From assembly GCA_937896065.1 (NCBI GenBank), contig CALBLI010000031.1, positions 1-60,705 of the forward strand: DNA of 60,705 nucleotides. The letters run 5' to 3'. A model generated the notes under the pieces. The model was not told the origin of the DNA. It did not search any database and was given only the letters and a program-made list of their open reading frames with translations. Below, in pieces: positions 45,799 to 56,814 of this stretch (within the stretch, counting starts at the first letter, position 1; each line of letters opens with the position of its first letter). The stretch is from an uncultured Bacillales bacterium. GTDB taxonomy: Bacteria > Bacillota_I > Bacilli_A > RFN20 > CAG-288. The position numbers and the translations under genes were made by a program.

Positions 45799-48210
45799 AT
45801 GTCAACAAAAAATAGTGTTTCTAAAAAAGAAGAAATTTTAGAAAAAGGTCCAATTACTAAGGAACTGCTTTCTAGAATGTATGCATATTTTAGAACTGCA
45901 AATTATTTATCGGCTTGTCAACTTTACTTACTTGACAACCCTCTTCTTGAAAGAGATTTAAAAGATTCTGACATCAAAAAGAAGATTGTCGGACATTGGG
46001 GTACAGTTCCAGGTCAAAATTTTGTTTACACACATTTAAATAGAGTAATCAAAAGATATGATCTAGATATGATATTACTTAGTGGTCCAGGTCATGGTGG
46101 AAATTTCTTTATTTCAAATGATTATATTGAAGGAACCTATTCAGAAGTTTATCCAAATATAACCATGGATAAAGCTGGACTTCAAAAATTATTCAAACAA
46201 TTCTCATTCCCAGGTGGTGTCCCATCTCATTGTGCACCTGAGACTCCTGGAAGTATCAATGAAGGTGGTGAATTAGGTTATTCATTAGCACATGGTTTTG
46301 GTGCAGTTTTTGATAATCCTGATTTGATTGCAACTGTCGTTGTTGGTGATGGTGAAGCTGAAACAGGTCCACTTGCAACTAGTTGGCAATCTAATAAATT
46401 TTTAAACCCAATCACTGATGGTGCTGTTTTACCTATTCTTCACTTAAATGGATATAAAATTGCAAATCCAACTATACTAAGTAGAATTTCCAAAGAAGAA
46501 TTAACTAAGTTTTTGGAAGGTAATGGTTGGAAACCTTATTTTGTTGAAGGCAGTGATCCTCTGAAAATGCACGCTTTGATGGCTCAAACAATGGATACAG
46601 TCATTGAAGAAATTAAAGCTATTCAAAAACATGCAAGAGATAAAAAAGACGCATCTAGACCTGTCTGGCCTATGATTGTTTTAAGAGCTCCTAAAGGATG
46701 GACTGGTCCAAAAATTGTTGATGGAAAACAAATTGAAGGATCATTTAGAGCACATCAAGTTCCAATACCAATGGATACTGCTGCTGATAGAAAAGCTCAT
46801 TTAAAAGAATTAAATGATTGGTTAAAATCATATAAGCCAGAGCAGTTATTTGATAAGGCCGGCCATATTAAACCTGAAATTAGAGAATTATGTCCAAAAG
46901 GTAATGCACGTCTTGGTTCTAATCCACATGCTAATGGTGGTCTTCTTTTAAAAGATTTGAGAATGCCTGATTTTAGAAATTATGCTTTTGATATCAAAAA
47001 GCATGGTGAAAAAGATGGTCAAGATATGACCGAACTTGGCAAATTCATTAGAGATGTCATCAAAGATAATGCTGAAAATAGAAACTTTAGAGTCTTTGGA
47101 CCTGATGAAACATTATCAAATAGATTAAATTCAATATTTGAAGTTACTAATCGTCAATTTGATGCTGAAACTTTAAAAACTGATGAATTTTTAAATAGTG
47201 ATGGAAGAGTAATTGATTCTATGCTATCTGAACATTTATGTGAAGGTTGGCTTGAAGGATATCTTTTAACTGGTAGACATGGTTTCTTTGCTTCTTATGA
47301 GGCCTTCATCAGAATTATTGATTCTATGGTTGCTCAACATGCTAAATGGTTAAAAGTTTGTAATCAACTTCCTTGGAGGCAAAAGATTTCTTCTTTAAAT
47401 CTCATTTTAGCAAGTAATGTTTGGCAGCAGGATCATAATGGTTTCACGCATCAAGATCCTGGTTTCATGGATCACATTGCTAATAAAAAAGCTGATGTTG
47501 TAAGACTTTATCTACCACCTGATGCTAATTGTTTGATTTCAACAATGGACCACTGCTTGAAGAGTAGAAATTATGTAAATGTAGTTGTTGCAAGTAAGCA
47601 TCCTCGTCCACAATGGCTTTCTATGGAGGAAGCAGTTGTTCATTGTACTCAAGGAATCTCTATTTGGGATTGGGCAAGCAACGATCAAGGTAGTGAACCA
47701 GATTTAGTCATGGCATGTGCAGGTGAAACACCAACTTTAGAAACATTAGCTGCTGTTTCTATCTTAAATAAGGAACTTCCACAGCTTAAAATCAGAGTAA
47801 TCAATGTTGTTGACTTATTTAAGTTACAACCAAAAAGTGAGCATCCACACGGATTATCAGATAGTGAATATGATATGTTATTCACTAAGGATAAGCCCAT
47901 CATCTTCAATTTCCATGGCTATCCAACTTTGATTCATGAATTAACTTATCGAAGAACAAATAAGAATCTTCATGTTAGAGGTTATAAAGAAGAAGGGACA
48001 ATCACCACTCCATTTGATATGAGAGTTCAAAATGATATTGATCGATATCATTTAGTTCAGGATGCCCTTTTAAGACTTCCACAACTTGGAAATACAGGTG
48101 CTTATTTATATCAAAAAATGTCCAATAAACTTGTTGAACATAAACAATATATCCATGAATATGGTGTTGATATGCCAGAAATCGCAAATTGGAAATGGTC
48201 TGGTAAGTAG
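45799..48210 (+). CDS. xfp: Xylulose-5-phosphate/fructose-6-phosphate phosphoketolase
   Basis: [36 protein letters not shown] and [42 protein letters not shown]. The 803-aa length is typical. A GGAGG RBS is present. Confidence 0.95.
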   Translation: MSTKNSVSKKEEILEKGPITKELLSRMYAYFRTANYLSACQLYLLDNPLLERDLKDSDIKKKIVGHWGTVPGQNFVYTHLNRVIKRYDLDMILLSGPGHGGNFFISNDYIEGTYSEVYPNITMDKAGLQKLFKQFSFPGGVPSHCAPETPGSINEGGELGYSLAHGFGAVFDNPDLIATVVVGDGEAETGPLATSWQSNKFLNPITDGAVLPILHLNGYKIANPTILSRISKEELTKFLEGNGWKPYFVEGSDPLKMHALMAQTMDTVIEEIKAIQKHARDKKDASRPVWPMIVLRAPKGWTGPKIVDGKQIEGSFRAHQVPIPMDTAADRKAHLKELNDWLKSYKPEQLFDKAGHIKPEIRELCPKGNARLGSNPHANGGLLLKDLRMPDFRNYAFDIKKHGEKDGQDMTELGKFIRDVIKDNAENRNFRVFGPDETLSNRLNSIFEVTNRQFDAETLKTDEFLNSDGRVIDSMLSEHLCEGWLEGYLLTGRHGFFASYEAFIRIIDSMVAQHAKWLKVCNQLPWRQKISSLNLILASNVWQQDHNGFTHQDPGFMDHIANKKADVVRLYLPPDANCLISTMDHCLKSRNYVNVVVASKHPRPQWLSMEEAVVHCTQGISIWDWASNDQGSEPDLVMACAGETPTLETLAAVSILNKELPQLKIRVINVVDLFKLQPKSEHPHGLSDSEYDMLFTKDKPIIFNFHGYPTLIHELTYRRTNKNLHVRGYKEEGTITTPFDMRVQNDIDRYHLVQDALLRLPQLGNTGAYLYQKMSNKLVEHKQYIHEYGVDMPEIANWKWSGK

Positions 48211-48237
48211 ATTGAAATTTAATCTTTAAAATAAAAA

Positions 48238-48270
48238 AGTTATAGAGGTTATCCTTTATAACTTTTTTTA
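48238..48270 (+). terminator. Rho-independent terminator of xfp
   Basis: 11-bp stem agttatagagg / cctttataact (one G-U pair), loop ttat, followed by tttttt. Confidence 0.75.
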
Positions 48271-48458
48271 TTATGTAAATCTTTTTATCATTTTTTAAAA
48301 TGCTGTTGCATGAAAGTTAAAATCATAAATCTAAATTAATAAAAACTCTTTTATTTATATAATTAAATATTCTTTTTTTATTACGGCATAGTTTTTTTTA
48401 AGTCAAAGAAAGGAAATTAATTTATTAAAAGTTGAAAAAATAAATTCCTGAGAAAAAT

Positions 48459-48484
48459 AAAAAAACCACGATTATTCGTGGTTT
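48459..48484 (-). terminator. Rho-independent terminator downstream of tRNA-Lys
   Basis: Perfect 8-bp stem aaccacga / tcgtggtt, loop ttat. On the minus strand a T-run follows. It begins 4 nt after the tRNA CCA end. Confidence 0.75.
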
Positions 48485-48487
48485 AGA

Positions 48488-48563
48488 TGGTGGATCATAA
48501 GAGACTCGAACTCTTGGCCCACTGATTAAGAGTCAGTTGCTCTACCAACTGAGCTAATGATCC
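48488..48563 (-). tRNA. tRNA-Lys (anticodon CUU), CCA encoded
   Basis: The minus-strand sequence GGATCATTAGCTCAGTTGGTAGAGCAACTGACTCTTAATCAGTGGGCCAAGAGTTCGAGTCTCTTATGATCCACCA folds by hand into a 76-nt cloverleaf. Acceptor stem GGATCAT/ATGATCC, D stem GCTC/GAGC, anticodon stem ACTGA/TCAGT with loop CTCTTAA, T stem AAGAG/CTCTT with loop TTCGAGT. Confidence 0.93.
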
Positions 48564-48580
48564 ATTTTTTTGACCTCTAA

Positions 48581-48609
48581 ATTATAGTTGATTATTTTTT
48601 TAAAATCAA
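48581..48609 (-). promoter_or_regulatory. Putative promoter of tRNA-Lys
   Basis: On the minus strand: TTGATT (48609-48604), 17 nt, TATAAT (48586-48581). The -10 element lies 17 nt upstream of the mature tRNA 5' end. Confidence 0.5.
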
Positions 48610-48725
48610 TAGTCAGTTTACAATTCAGTCTATCAAGATAATATATGATTAAAAAATATTCACTTGTATAAAACTCGGTATATTTTCCCTATTTTAGCCG
48701 TTTGAAAAACTAATTTTTAAATAAT

Positions 48726-48752
48726 TTAGCACTTAGCTATTGTAATTGCTAA
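48726..48752 (+). promoter_or_regulatory. CIRCE-like HrcA operator upstream of groES
   Basis: TTAGCACTT-N9-AATTGCTAA against the consensus TTAGCACTC-N9-GAGTGCTAA. The left arm matches 8/9, the right arm 7/9, and the arms are 8/9 self-complementary. Confidence 0.7.
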
Positions 48753-48767
48753 TTTTTTATTTATAAT
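48740..48767 (+). promoter_or_regulatory. Putative groESL promoter overlapping the CIRCE element
   Basis: TTGTAA (48740-48745), 16 nt, TATAAT (48762-48767), about 37 nt upstream of the groES ATG. Confidence 0.45.
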
Positions 48768-48804
48768 TATTCATGGTCGTCAAGACATTATTTGGAGGTT
48801 AATT

Positions 48805-49095
48805 ATGATAAAACCATTAAGAGATTATGTTGTCCTTGAAAAATTACCCGAGGAAAAGAAAGTAGGTTCAATTTTTGTAGCTACTGCTACTGATAAGGAT
48901 TCAGCATGTGCAAAAGTTGTTGCTGTTGGTCCTGGAACTGTTGATGAAAAAGGAAATAAAGTCAGCGTTGTCGCCAAAGTTGGCGAACTTGTCATTTACA
49001 AAAAATATTCAACCACTGATTATGAGGACCATGGCCATAAATTCATGCTCATTCAAGATAAAGATATAATCGCAGTTGTCGATAGTAAAAAATAA
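48805..49095 (+). CDS. groES: Co-chaperonin GroES
   Basis: MIKPLRDYVVLEKLPEEKKVGSIFV...GELVIYKKYSTTDYE. 96 aa, GGAGG RBS, directly upstream of groEL. Confidence 0.93.
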   Translation: MIKPLRDYVVLEKLPEEKKVGSIFVATATDKDSACAKVVAVGPGTVDEKGNKVSVVAKVGELVIYKKYSTTDYEDHGHKFMLIQDKDIIAVVDSKK

Positions 49096-49115
49096 TATAA
49101 ATTAAGGAGAAATAA

Positions 49116-50735
<1,620 letters not shown>

Positions 50736-50754
50736 TAAAGTTTTAAAATTTATG

Positions 50755-50790
50755 AGGCTATTTATATCTATATATAGATAGCCTTTTTTA
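50755..50790 (+). terminator. Rho-independent terminator of groESL
   Basis: Stem aggctat (50755-50761) / atagcct (50778-50784) enclosing an AT-rich partly paired loop, followed by tttttt. Confidence 0.7.
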
Positions 50791-50823
50791 TTTCATTTAA
50801 TTTAAGGAAAATTTAAATTATTT

Positions 50824-51885
50824 GTGTTACAATTTTTAGATAACTTTATGAGGTACATGATGAGCACTATATCTTCAAATAAAGAACATGATGATATTTA
50901 CAAATTCTTCTTGTCATTAAAAAATGAAAAAGATGAGAGCCCTTTAGATAAAATAAATAATTATATTTCATCAATATCACCTTCTAGATACGATGAATTT
51001 TTAGCTAAACTGAATACCTATTTATCTCCCAGTAAAGTTAGTTTGAATAAATTATTTAAAGAAGAGAAATATTTAAATATATCATCTTTGTTACTTTCCT
51101 ATTTTGCAAAAAATAATATAAATAAAGATATCATTGTTAATTCATTCTTAAGAGAAAATAACTATTTAGGCTTTAAAGTCACAAAATATAATCTTAAATT
51201 AAAAAATTACCTTTTAGAAATAGACATAAAGAATTTGTGCGATTACATTCTTTATTCTATTGATAATAAAGATTATTTAAGCACTCTTCTTTTATTTGAT
51301 AGAATTGATAAACAACAACTTATCATCATTTTAAATTTGTTAGACAGATATTTATCTATTCCTGAAATTACATTTCCTATTGTATTTTATTTGATTGAAA
51401 AAAACTTTGATCATACAATTATTGAAGAAGTTTTAAATGCTTCTGTAAATAAAATCGCTAATACTAATTATCAATTTGATAGTTTACTTTATTTTATTTT
51501 TATTTTGAAATCACTTTTTACTTTAAAAAGAAATAAACCACTTTCTTTATTAAACGAAAATGATACAAATATAATTTTAAAATTATATGATAATCATTTA
51601 TCAAATATCAGTTTTAACAATCTTCCATTATTATATTTTTATATATTTAAGAATGAATTATCATCACTTAAAGACATAAAAATGATTCTGACCAAGAAAA
51701 TTCAACTTCTTATAAAATATAAAATAAATTATATTGATAGCTTTATTATTAAATATCTAATTTATTTTTTTGACTTAAATATCAACAGTGATATAAAAGA
51801 AAATTATGATAAAATAGCTATTTATCAATATGAAAGCATAGCAAGAATGTTAAATTTAAAAAATTTTAATATCTTATATAATTAG
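50824..51885 (+). CDS. Hypothetical protein, Asn/Ile/Leu/Lys-rich, probably all-helical (~345-353 aa); first gene of the SNF2 operon
   Basis: Long ORF between the groEL terminator and the SNF2 helicase gene, with an 8-nt gap to the latter. The start is uncertain (GTG 50824, or ATG 50848/50857/50860). No family motif recognised. Confidence 0.55.
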   Translation: MLQFLDNFMRYMMSTISSNKEHDDIYKFFLSLKNEKDESPLDKINNYISSISPSRYDEFLAKLNTYLSPSKVSLNKLFKEEKYLNISSLLLSYFAKNNINKDIIVNSFLRENNYLGFKVTKYNLKLKNYLLEIDIKNLCDYILYSIDNKDYLSTLLLFDRIDKQQLIIILNLLDRYLSIPEITFPIVFYLIEKNFDHTIIEEVLNASVNKIANTNYQFDSLLYFIFILKSLFTLKRNKPLSLLNENDTNIILKLYDNHLSNISFNNLPLLYFYIFKNELSSLKDIKMILTKKIQLLIKYKINYIDSFIIKYLIYFFDLNINSDIKENYDKIAIYQYESIARMLNLKNFNILYN

Positions 51886-51892
51886 GTGGATT

Positions 51893-54800
51893 ATGTACTT
51901 AATAAATATTGCAAGTGATGAATTAAATAAAATTGAAAAGTTAGCTTTTTCATCTTTAAAATCTAAATTAATCTATACTTCATTGATTGAAGATAAATTG
52001 GATATATGTGTAAGTTTAAATAAAGAAGATATGTCCCTTATCTATTCTTTTAATATTAGCCAAGCTAATTATAAATTTATATTATATCCAGATAAAACTT
52101 TTAAATTGGATAGCTATTATGATAAAGATGATGAAAGTATTAAAGCGGCTATTGCTTTATATATCTATAATCATGATAAAAATAAAAGTGAAGAAGAACT
52201 TGCAAAAGAATATTCATATCTCTATCCATTAATTTGCGAATTAGCTCTTCTAGATAAAGATGATATACCAAGATATTATGAAAATAAAATAGCATTAACC
52301 AATCTTGTTAAAAACATTAAAATTAAATCTAAACCTAATATCAAAGCAAAATTTAAATCACTTATTATAGATACTGATTACGATAAAATTTCTAATGAAA
52401 AAGATATATCAATTAGATACATTGATGAATTCAATGTGACTAACGATGTCTCTTTGTACATTTTCTTTAGAGATTTTGATAAAAATAATTCCTCAATCAA
52501 TAAATATTCATTTGATAATGAGGATCTATTATTTCTATTAGAACTTAAAGAATGCTATTATAAAATAAGTAGAGATCAATTGGGACATTATCATTCTAAT
52601 TTTTCAAATGAATATCTTTCTAATTTTTTAACAGTTTTAAAATATTATCCAAGAAGACACATCATCATTAAAAACATAATATATCGAATCAACCATGATA
52701 TTAAAGAAATAAACACCTATATTTCAACAACCTGCAAGATAGTAAGCGATTTAAAGACAAGTGAATTTATAACATCTAATGATCTTTTAACATTGTCACT
52801 TGATAAAAATAACATGCTCTTATATTTATCTAAATTCAAAAATATTCAAGAAAAAATATTGACTGAATTTTTAATAAATAATAAAGATTTTTCATCTTCT
52901 CTATACAAGAGTGAATTTATATCATCTGTTGTGCCTTATTTGGATAAATCAATACCAGTTGCAGAAGAAATTCTAAAACAAAGTGAAAAGTTTTTAACTG
53001 AGATAGATTATTATATTGAACTCACAGAAAATGAAAACAAAACATATTCACAACTATCAATATATACAAAATATATATTGAATGGTTTAGAAGTGAGTGA
53101 AGACATATATAAAAAAGAAACACTCAGCGATGACTATTTAAATTTTATTAATATTTTAAATAAACTTAATCTCCCTCAATTAAAAAATATCACAAATAAT
53201 GATGAAATTTATGAGATTATTTCCACTGATATTACTAAGCTGAATAGTTGTTGTCGATTATTCTTAAGCGATAATTTAAAAAAAGTCAACACCAATTCAA
53301 CATTCAAATTTAAAATCATAACATCATCAGGAATTGATTGGTTTAAAACAACAATTGATTCTTCTACTTTTAGTCAAGATGAATTAAAAATGATTTTAGA
53401 AGCTTATAAAAACAAAAAGAAATTCATCAAATTTAAAGATTCTATTTTTAATTTGAACTCTACTATCAATAGATATGAATTATCTTTATTTGATAAATTT
53501 GAAATTGATTCAACTTTAACAGGTAAAAGACTCCCTTTATATCAAGCTGTTAAATTGAATGAATATAAAAACAGCAATGATTTATCTTTGACTGATAACT
53601 TAAAAAGCTTTTTCAATACATTAAGAGACTATTCTTCTATAAATGTTAGTATTGATAAAAAAACTCCTCTTAGAAACTATCAACTTGATGCTATCAAATG
53701 GTTAGAAGTTTTATATAGATATCATCTAGCAGGTATTTTAGCTGATGATATGGGACTAGGTAAATCACTTGAATTGATTGCTTTTTTAGAGACTAAAGAT
53801 TTAAATAAACCTTTGATTATAGTTTCACCTAAATCAATTATCTATAATTGGCAAAATGAATTTTATAAATGGAACAGTAAAAAGAAAGTGTTTGTAGTTG
53901 ACGGTGATAAAAACAATCGTCAAATGATATATACACAGGTAAAAAATAAGAATAATACTGTTCTTATAATTTCTTACGAGTCACTGCGAATAGATATTGA
54001 TGTACTAAGTGATTTTTCCTTCTCTTATCTTGTTTTAGATGAAGGGCATAATATCGCAAATGTTTTTGCTAAAAAGACATTGGCTGTTAAAATGATTGAT
54101 GCTGATTATAAGCTTGTTTTAACTGGAACTCCAATTCAAAATTCCTTAGTTGACCTCTATTCAATTTTTGATCTTCTTTTGCCAGGTTACTTTGATGACT
54201 ATAAAAACTTTGTTAAAACATATACAGATATTGATAATGACTTTGATGAAAATAAAAGAAGATTGGAACTTTTAATAAAACCATTTGTTTTACGAAGAAA
54301 GAAGGATGAAGTTTTAAATGAGCTGCCTCCTAAAGTCACTCAAGAAATCTATATCACATTAGATGAAAAATCATCTAAGATTTATCAGGCTTTCTTATCT
54401 AAAGCTAAAAATAGTTTTATTTCAAAATCTAAAAGCAAGATTGAAGTTTTAGCTGATATCACAAGGCTAAGACAGATAAGTATTGACCCTAGTTCATTTT
54501 TAGATGACTATAAAATCACATCAAGCAAGCTAGAAGAAGCACTCAATATGATTGGTGACTTAGTTAGCAGCAATCACAAAGTTTTATTGTTCTCTTCATT
54601 TGTAACGATTTTAAATCATTTAGAAAAATTGCTGATTGATAAAGGAATAAATACCGGTAAAATAATTGGAGAAACAAAAGCTAAAAAAAGAATTGAATTA
54701 GCTGATAAATTTAATTATGAACATGACATTAAAGTGATGCTTGTGTCATTAAAAGCAGGTGGAACTGGTTTAAATTTAATCGGTGCTGATTCGGTTATTA

Positions 54801-55039
54801 TTTTAGATCCATGGTGGAATATTGCTAGTGAAAATCAAGCAAGTGATCGGGCGTATCGCATTGGTCAAAATAAAAAAGTGACAGTCTTCCGTTTGATCTC
54901 TAAAGGTACTATTGAAGAAAGAGTTTTAGAACTTCAACGAAAGAAAGAAGAACTTTCAAGTATCATCAGCGATTCAAATAGTGAAGTTGAATATAGCGAT
55001 GATGATATTTCTTTCTTACTAGGTGTTTATGAAAAATAA
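51893..55039 (+). CDS. SNF2-family DNA/RNA helicase (YwqA-like) with ~590-aa N-terminal region
   Basis: LRNYQLDAIKWLEVLYRYHLAGILADDMGLGKSLE (motif I), LVLDEGHNIAN (DExH), LTGTPIQNSLVDLYSIFDLLLPGY, GGTGLNLIGADSVIILDPWWNIASENQASDRAYRIGQ (motifs V-VI). AGGTGG RBS. Confidence 0.9.
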   Translation: MYLINIASDELNKIEKLAFSSLKSKLIYTSLIEDKLDICVSLNKEDMSLIYSFNISQANYKFILYPDKTFKLDSYYDKDDESIKAAIALYIYNHDKNKSEEELAKEYSYLYPLICELALLDKDDIPRYYENKIALTNLVKNIKIKSKPNIKAKFKSLIIDTDYDKISNEKDISIRYIDEFNVTNDVSLYIFFRDFDKNNSSINKYSFDNEDLLFLLELKECYYKISRDQLGHYHSNFSNEYLSNFLTVLKYYPRRHIIIKNIIYRINHDIKEINTYISTTCKIVSDLKTSEFITSNDLLTLSLDKNNMLLYLSKFKNIQEKILTEFLINNKDFSSSLYKSEFISSVVPYLDKSIPVAEEILKQSEKFLTEIDYYIELTENENKTYSQLSIYTKYILNGLEVSEDIYKKETLSDDYLNFINILNKLNLPQLKNITNNDEIYEIISTDITKLNSCCRLFLSDNLKKVNTNSTFKFKIITSSGIDWFKTTIDSSTFSQDELKMILEAYKNKKKFIKFKDSIFNLNSTINRYELSLFDKFEIDSTLTGKRLPLYQAVKLNEYKNSNDLSLTDNLKSFFNTLRDYSSINVSIDKKTPLRNYQLDAIKWLEVLYRYHLAGILADDMGLGKSLELIAFLETKDLNKPLIIVSPKSIIYNWQNEFYKWNSKKKVFVVDGDKNNRQMIYTQVKNKNNTVLIISYESLRIDIDVLSDFSFSYLVLDEGHNIANVFAKKTLAVKMIDADYKLVLTGTPIQNSLVDLYSIFDLLLPGYFDDYKNFVKTYTDIDNDFDENKRRLELLIKPFVLRRKKDEVLNELPPKVTQEIYITLDEKSSKIYQAFLSKAKNSFISKSKSKIEVLADITRLRQISIDPSSFLDDYKITSSKLEEALNMIGDLVSSNHKVLLFSSFVTILNHLEKLLIDKGINTGKIIGETKAKKRIELADKFNYEHDIKVMLVSLKAGGTGLNLIGADSVIILDPWWNIASENQASDRAYRIGQNKKVTVFRLISKGTIEERVLELQRKKEELSSIISDSNSEVEYSDDDISFLLGVYEK

Positions 55040-55583
55040 TGCTTATTTACTAAATTACACTACATGTGAAGAAAAAATTGAAAGTTTAGGTGACTATTAT
55101 AATAAAGTTATTGTTATTTTTAATGGTGCTATATTTTCACCTTTTGCATCTTCATTCTTTTCAAATATGCAGGATTTATATTCGTGTTATCAAGATGAAT
55201 TAGAAATCATTAATTTCCCAACATCAGCTTTTTTTAATCAAAACGCTTATTCGACATCTGAAACAATTACCTATTTAAAAGAAGAATATAAAGTGACTTA
55301 TAAAACTGCTAAAAAAATAGATGATGATATGCGAAACGAAGTGTTTTTTAACAATTTATGTTCATCAAAAAAATTCTCGGGCTTTGATATTACAAGTCCA
55401 CTATATCAGTCGATGGTATCCATTGTATCGAATATAGATCCACTATTTGATAAAAATAACAAAGTCAAATGGTCATTTACTACATTCATAATCTCTAAAA
55501 ATGGTGAGATTGTTAAAAGATTTGAATGTACTGCTGATTTTACAAAGATTGAGCAAGCAATAAGAAGGGAGTTAAATAAATGA
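55029..55583 (+). CDS. Glutathione-peroxidase-fold protein lacking the catalytic tetrad (~184 aa)
   Basis: Aligns along its length with bacterial GPx/BsaA: KVIVIFNGAIFSPFAS vs KVLMIVNTASKCGFTS, LEIINFPTSAFFNQ vs LEILGFPCNQFMNQ, VKWSFTTFIISKNGEIVKRF vs IKWNFTKFIVDRNGEIVGRY. The ATG at 55029 overlaps the helicase 3' end, and the stop overlaps the next ATG (ATGA at 55580). Confidence 0.7.
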   Translation: MKNNAYLLNYTTCEEKIESLGDYYNKVIVIFNGAIFSPFASSFFSNMQDLYSCYQDELEIINFPTSAFFNQNAYSTSETITYLKEEYKVTYKTAKKIDDDMRNEVFFNNLCSSKKFSGFDITSPLYQSMVSIVSNIDPLFDKNNKVKWSFTTFIISKNGEIVKRFECTADFTKIEQAIRRELNK

Positions 55584-56218
55584 CAGAGGAAGAAATTGTT
55601 TTAAAATGCAAAGAATACATCAAACAATTGTTTGAAAATGATTCAACTGGCCATGACTATAATCATTCCATAAGAGTTTTAAACAATGCTATTAATATCT
55701 ATCAAAATGAACAAGTAGAAGCAAATTTATTCATTATTCAATTAGCTTCTCTTCTTCATGATGTTGATGACTATAAATTATTTGATACAGTAGATTATGA
55801 AAATGCTAGAAAATTTTTAAATGAAAATAATATTGATAATAATCTTTCAAATAAAATAATCCAAATAATTAGTGAAGTGCCTTTCAAAGCAAAAGATACG
55901 ATTACTCCTAAAACTATTGAAGCTAAAATTGTACAAGATGCCGATAGATTAGATGCAATAGGAGCAATTGGTATAGCTAGAGCTTTTGCATACGGTGGAA
56001 AACATAACCGTCAATTATATAGTAAACATGCAGATAAAAATAATAATATATCTTTTGAAGAATATAAAAAATCTTCATCTGATACCATCTCCCATTTTTA
56101 TATCAAACTTCTTCATTTAAAAAATTTGATGAACACTAATTATGCTAAAAAAGAAGCTATAAGAAGAACAGATTATATGATTTCTTTTTTAAATGAATTT
56201 TATAAAGAGGTCGATTAA
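55580..56218 (+). CDS. HD-domain metal-dependent phosphohydrolase (212 aa)
   Basis: GHDYNHSIRVLNNAINIY...ASLLHDVDDYK...QDADRLDAIGAIGIARAFAYGG gives the H..HD..D pattern of the HD superfamily. Confidence 0.78.
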   Translation: MTEEEIVLKCKEYIKQLFENDSTGHDYNHSIRVLNNAINIYQNEQVEANLFIIQLASLLHDVDDYKLFDTVDYENARKFLNENNIDNNLSNKIIQIISEVPFKAKDTITPKTIEAKIVQDADRLDAIGAIGIARAFAYGGKHNRQLYSKHADKNNNISFEEYKKSSSDTISHFYIKLLHLKNLMNTNYAKKEAIRRTDYMISFLNEFYKEVD

Positions 56219-56242
56219 TTTAATATTTAATCATTAAAATTA

Positions 56243-56271
56243 ATATCAAAGTTTCAGCTTTGATATTTTTT
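56243..56271 (+). terminator. Rho-independent terminator ending the SNF2 / GPx-like / HD operon
   Basis: 9-bp stem atatcaaag / ctttgatat, 6-nt loop, followed by ttttt. Confidence 0.7.
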
Positions 56272-56322
56272 CCTAACAGCTAAATATCTATATACTTAAT
56301 AAATACAATATATTTTATTTTT

Positions 56323-56814
56323 ATGTTATACTTAAATGTTATGAATAAAGAAAAGATATTAATATCTGCTTGTTTACTTGGTGAAAATTGTAAGTATGAT
56401 GGAACAAATAATGAAGTTAAGAAATTAAAAGAGTTAACTAAATATTATGATCTGATTCCTATCTGTCCTGAAGTTAATGGTGGTTTAAAAACACCTAGAT
56501 ATAAATCAGAAATTTCAAATACAAGAGTCATCACTGAAAACGGTAAAGATGTGACTGATTTTTTCAACGATGGTGCTTATTGGGCTTATTGTATTGCTAT
56601 CAAATTTAAAATCAAAATAGCCATTTTAAAAGATAAATCACCTAGTTGTGGTGTATATAATGTCTATGATGGAACCTTTAAAAATAAACTTGTTGATGGA
56701 AGTGGAATAACCACTAAACTATTAAAGAAAGCTAATGTTAAAGTTTTAGATGAAAATGAAGCCTTAAAATTTCTTCAAGAATTAGAAACCTTAAATCATG
56801 ATAAAAACATTTAA
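56323..56814 (+). CDS. DUF523-family protein (TudS-type thiouracil-desulfurase-like, Cys-rich)
   Basis: ILISACLLGENCKYDG, LIPICPEVNGGLKTPR, AILKDKSPSCGVYNVYDGTF, GSGITTKLL are the conserved DUF523 blocks. The start could be 56323 or the ATG at 56341. Confidence 0.78.
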   Translation: MLYLNVMNKEKILISACLLGENCKYDGTNNEVKKLKELTKYYDLIPICPEVNGGLKTPRYKSEISNTRVITENGKDVTDFFNDGAYWAYCIAIKFKIKIAILKDKSPSCGVYNVYDGTFKNKLVDGSGITTKLLKKANVKVLDENEALKFLQELETLNHDKNI

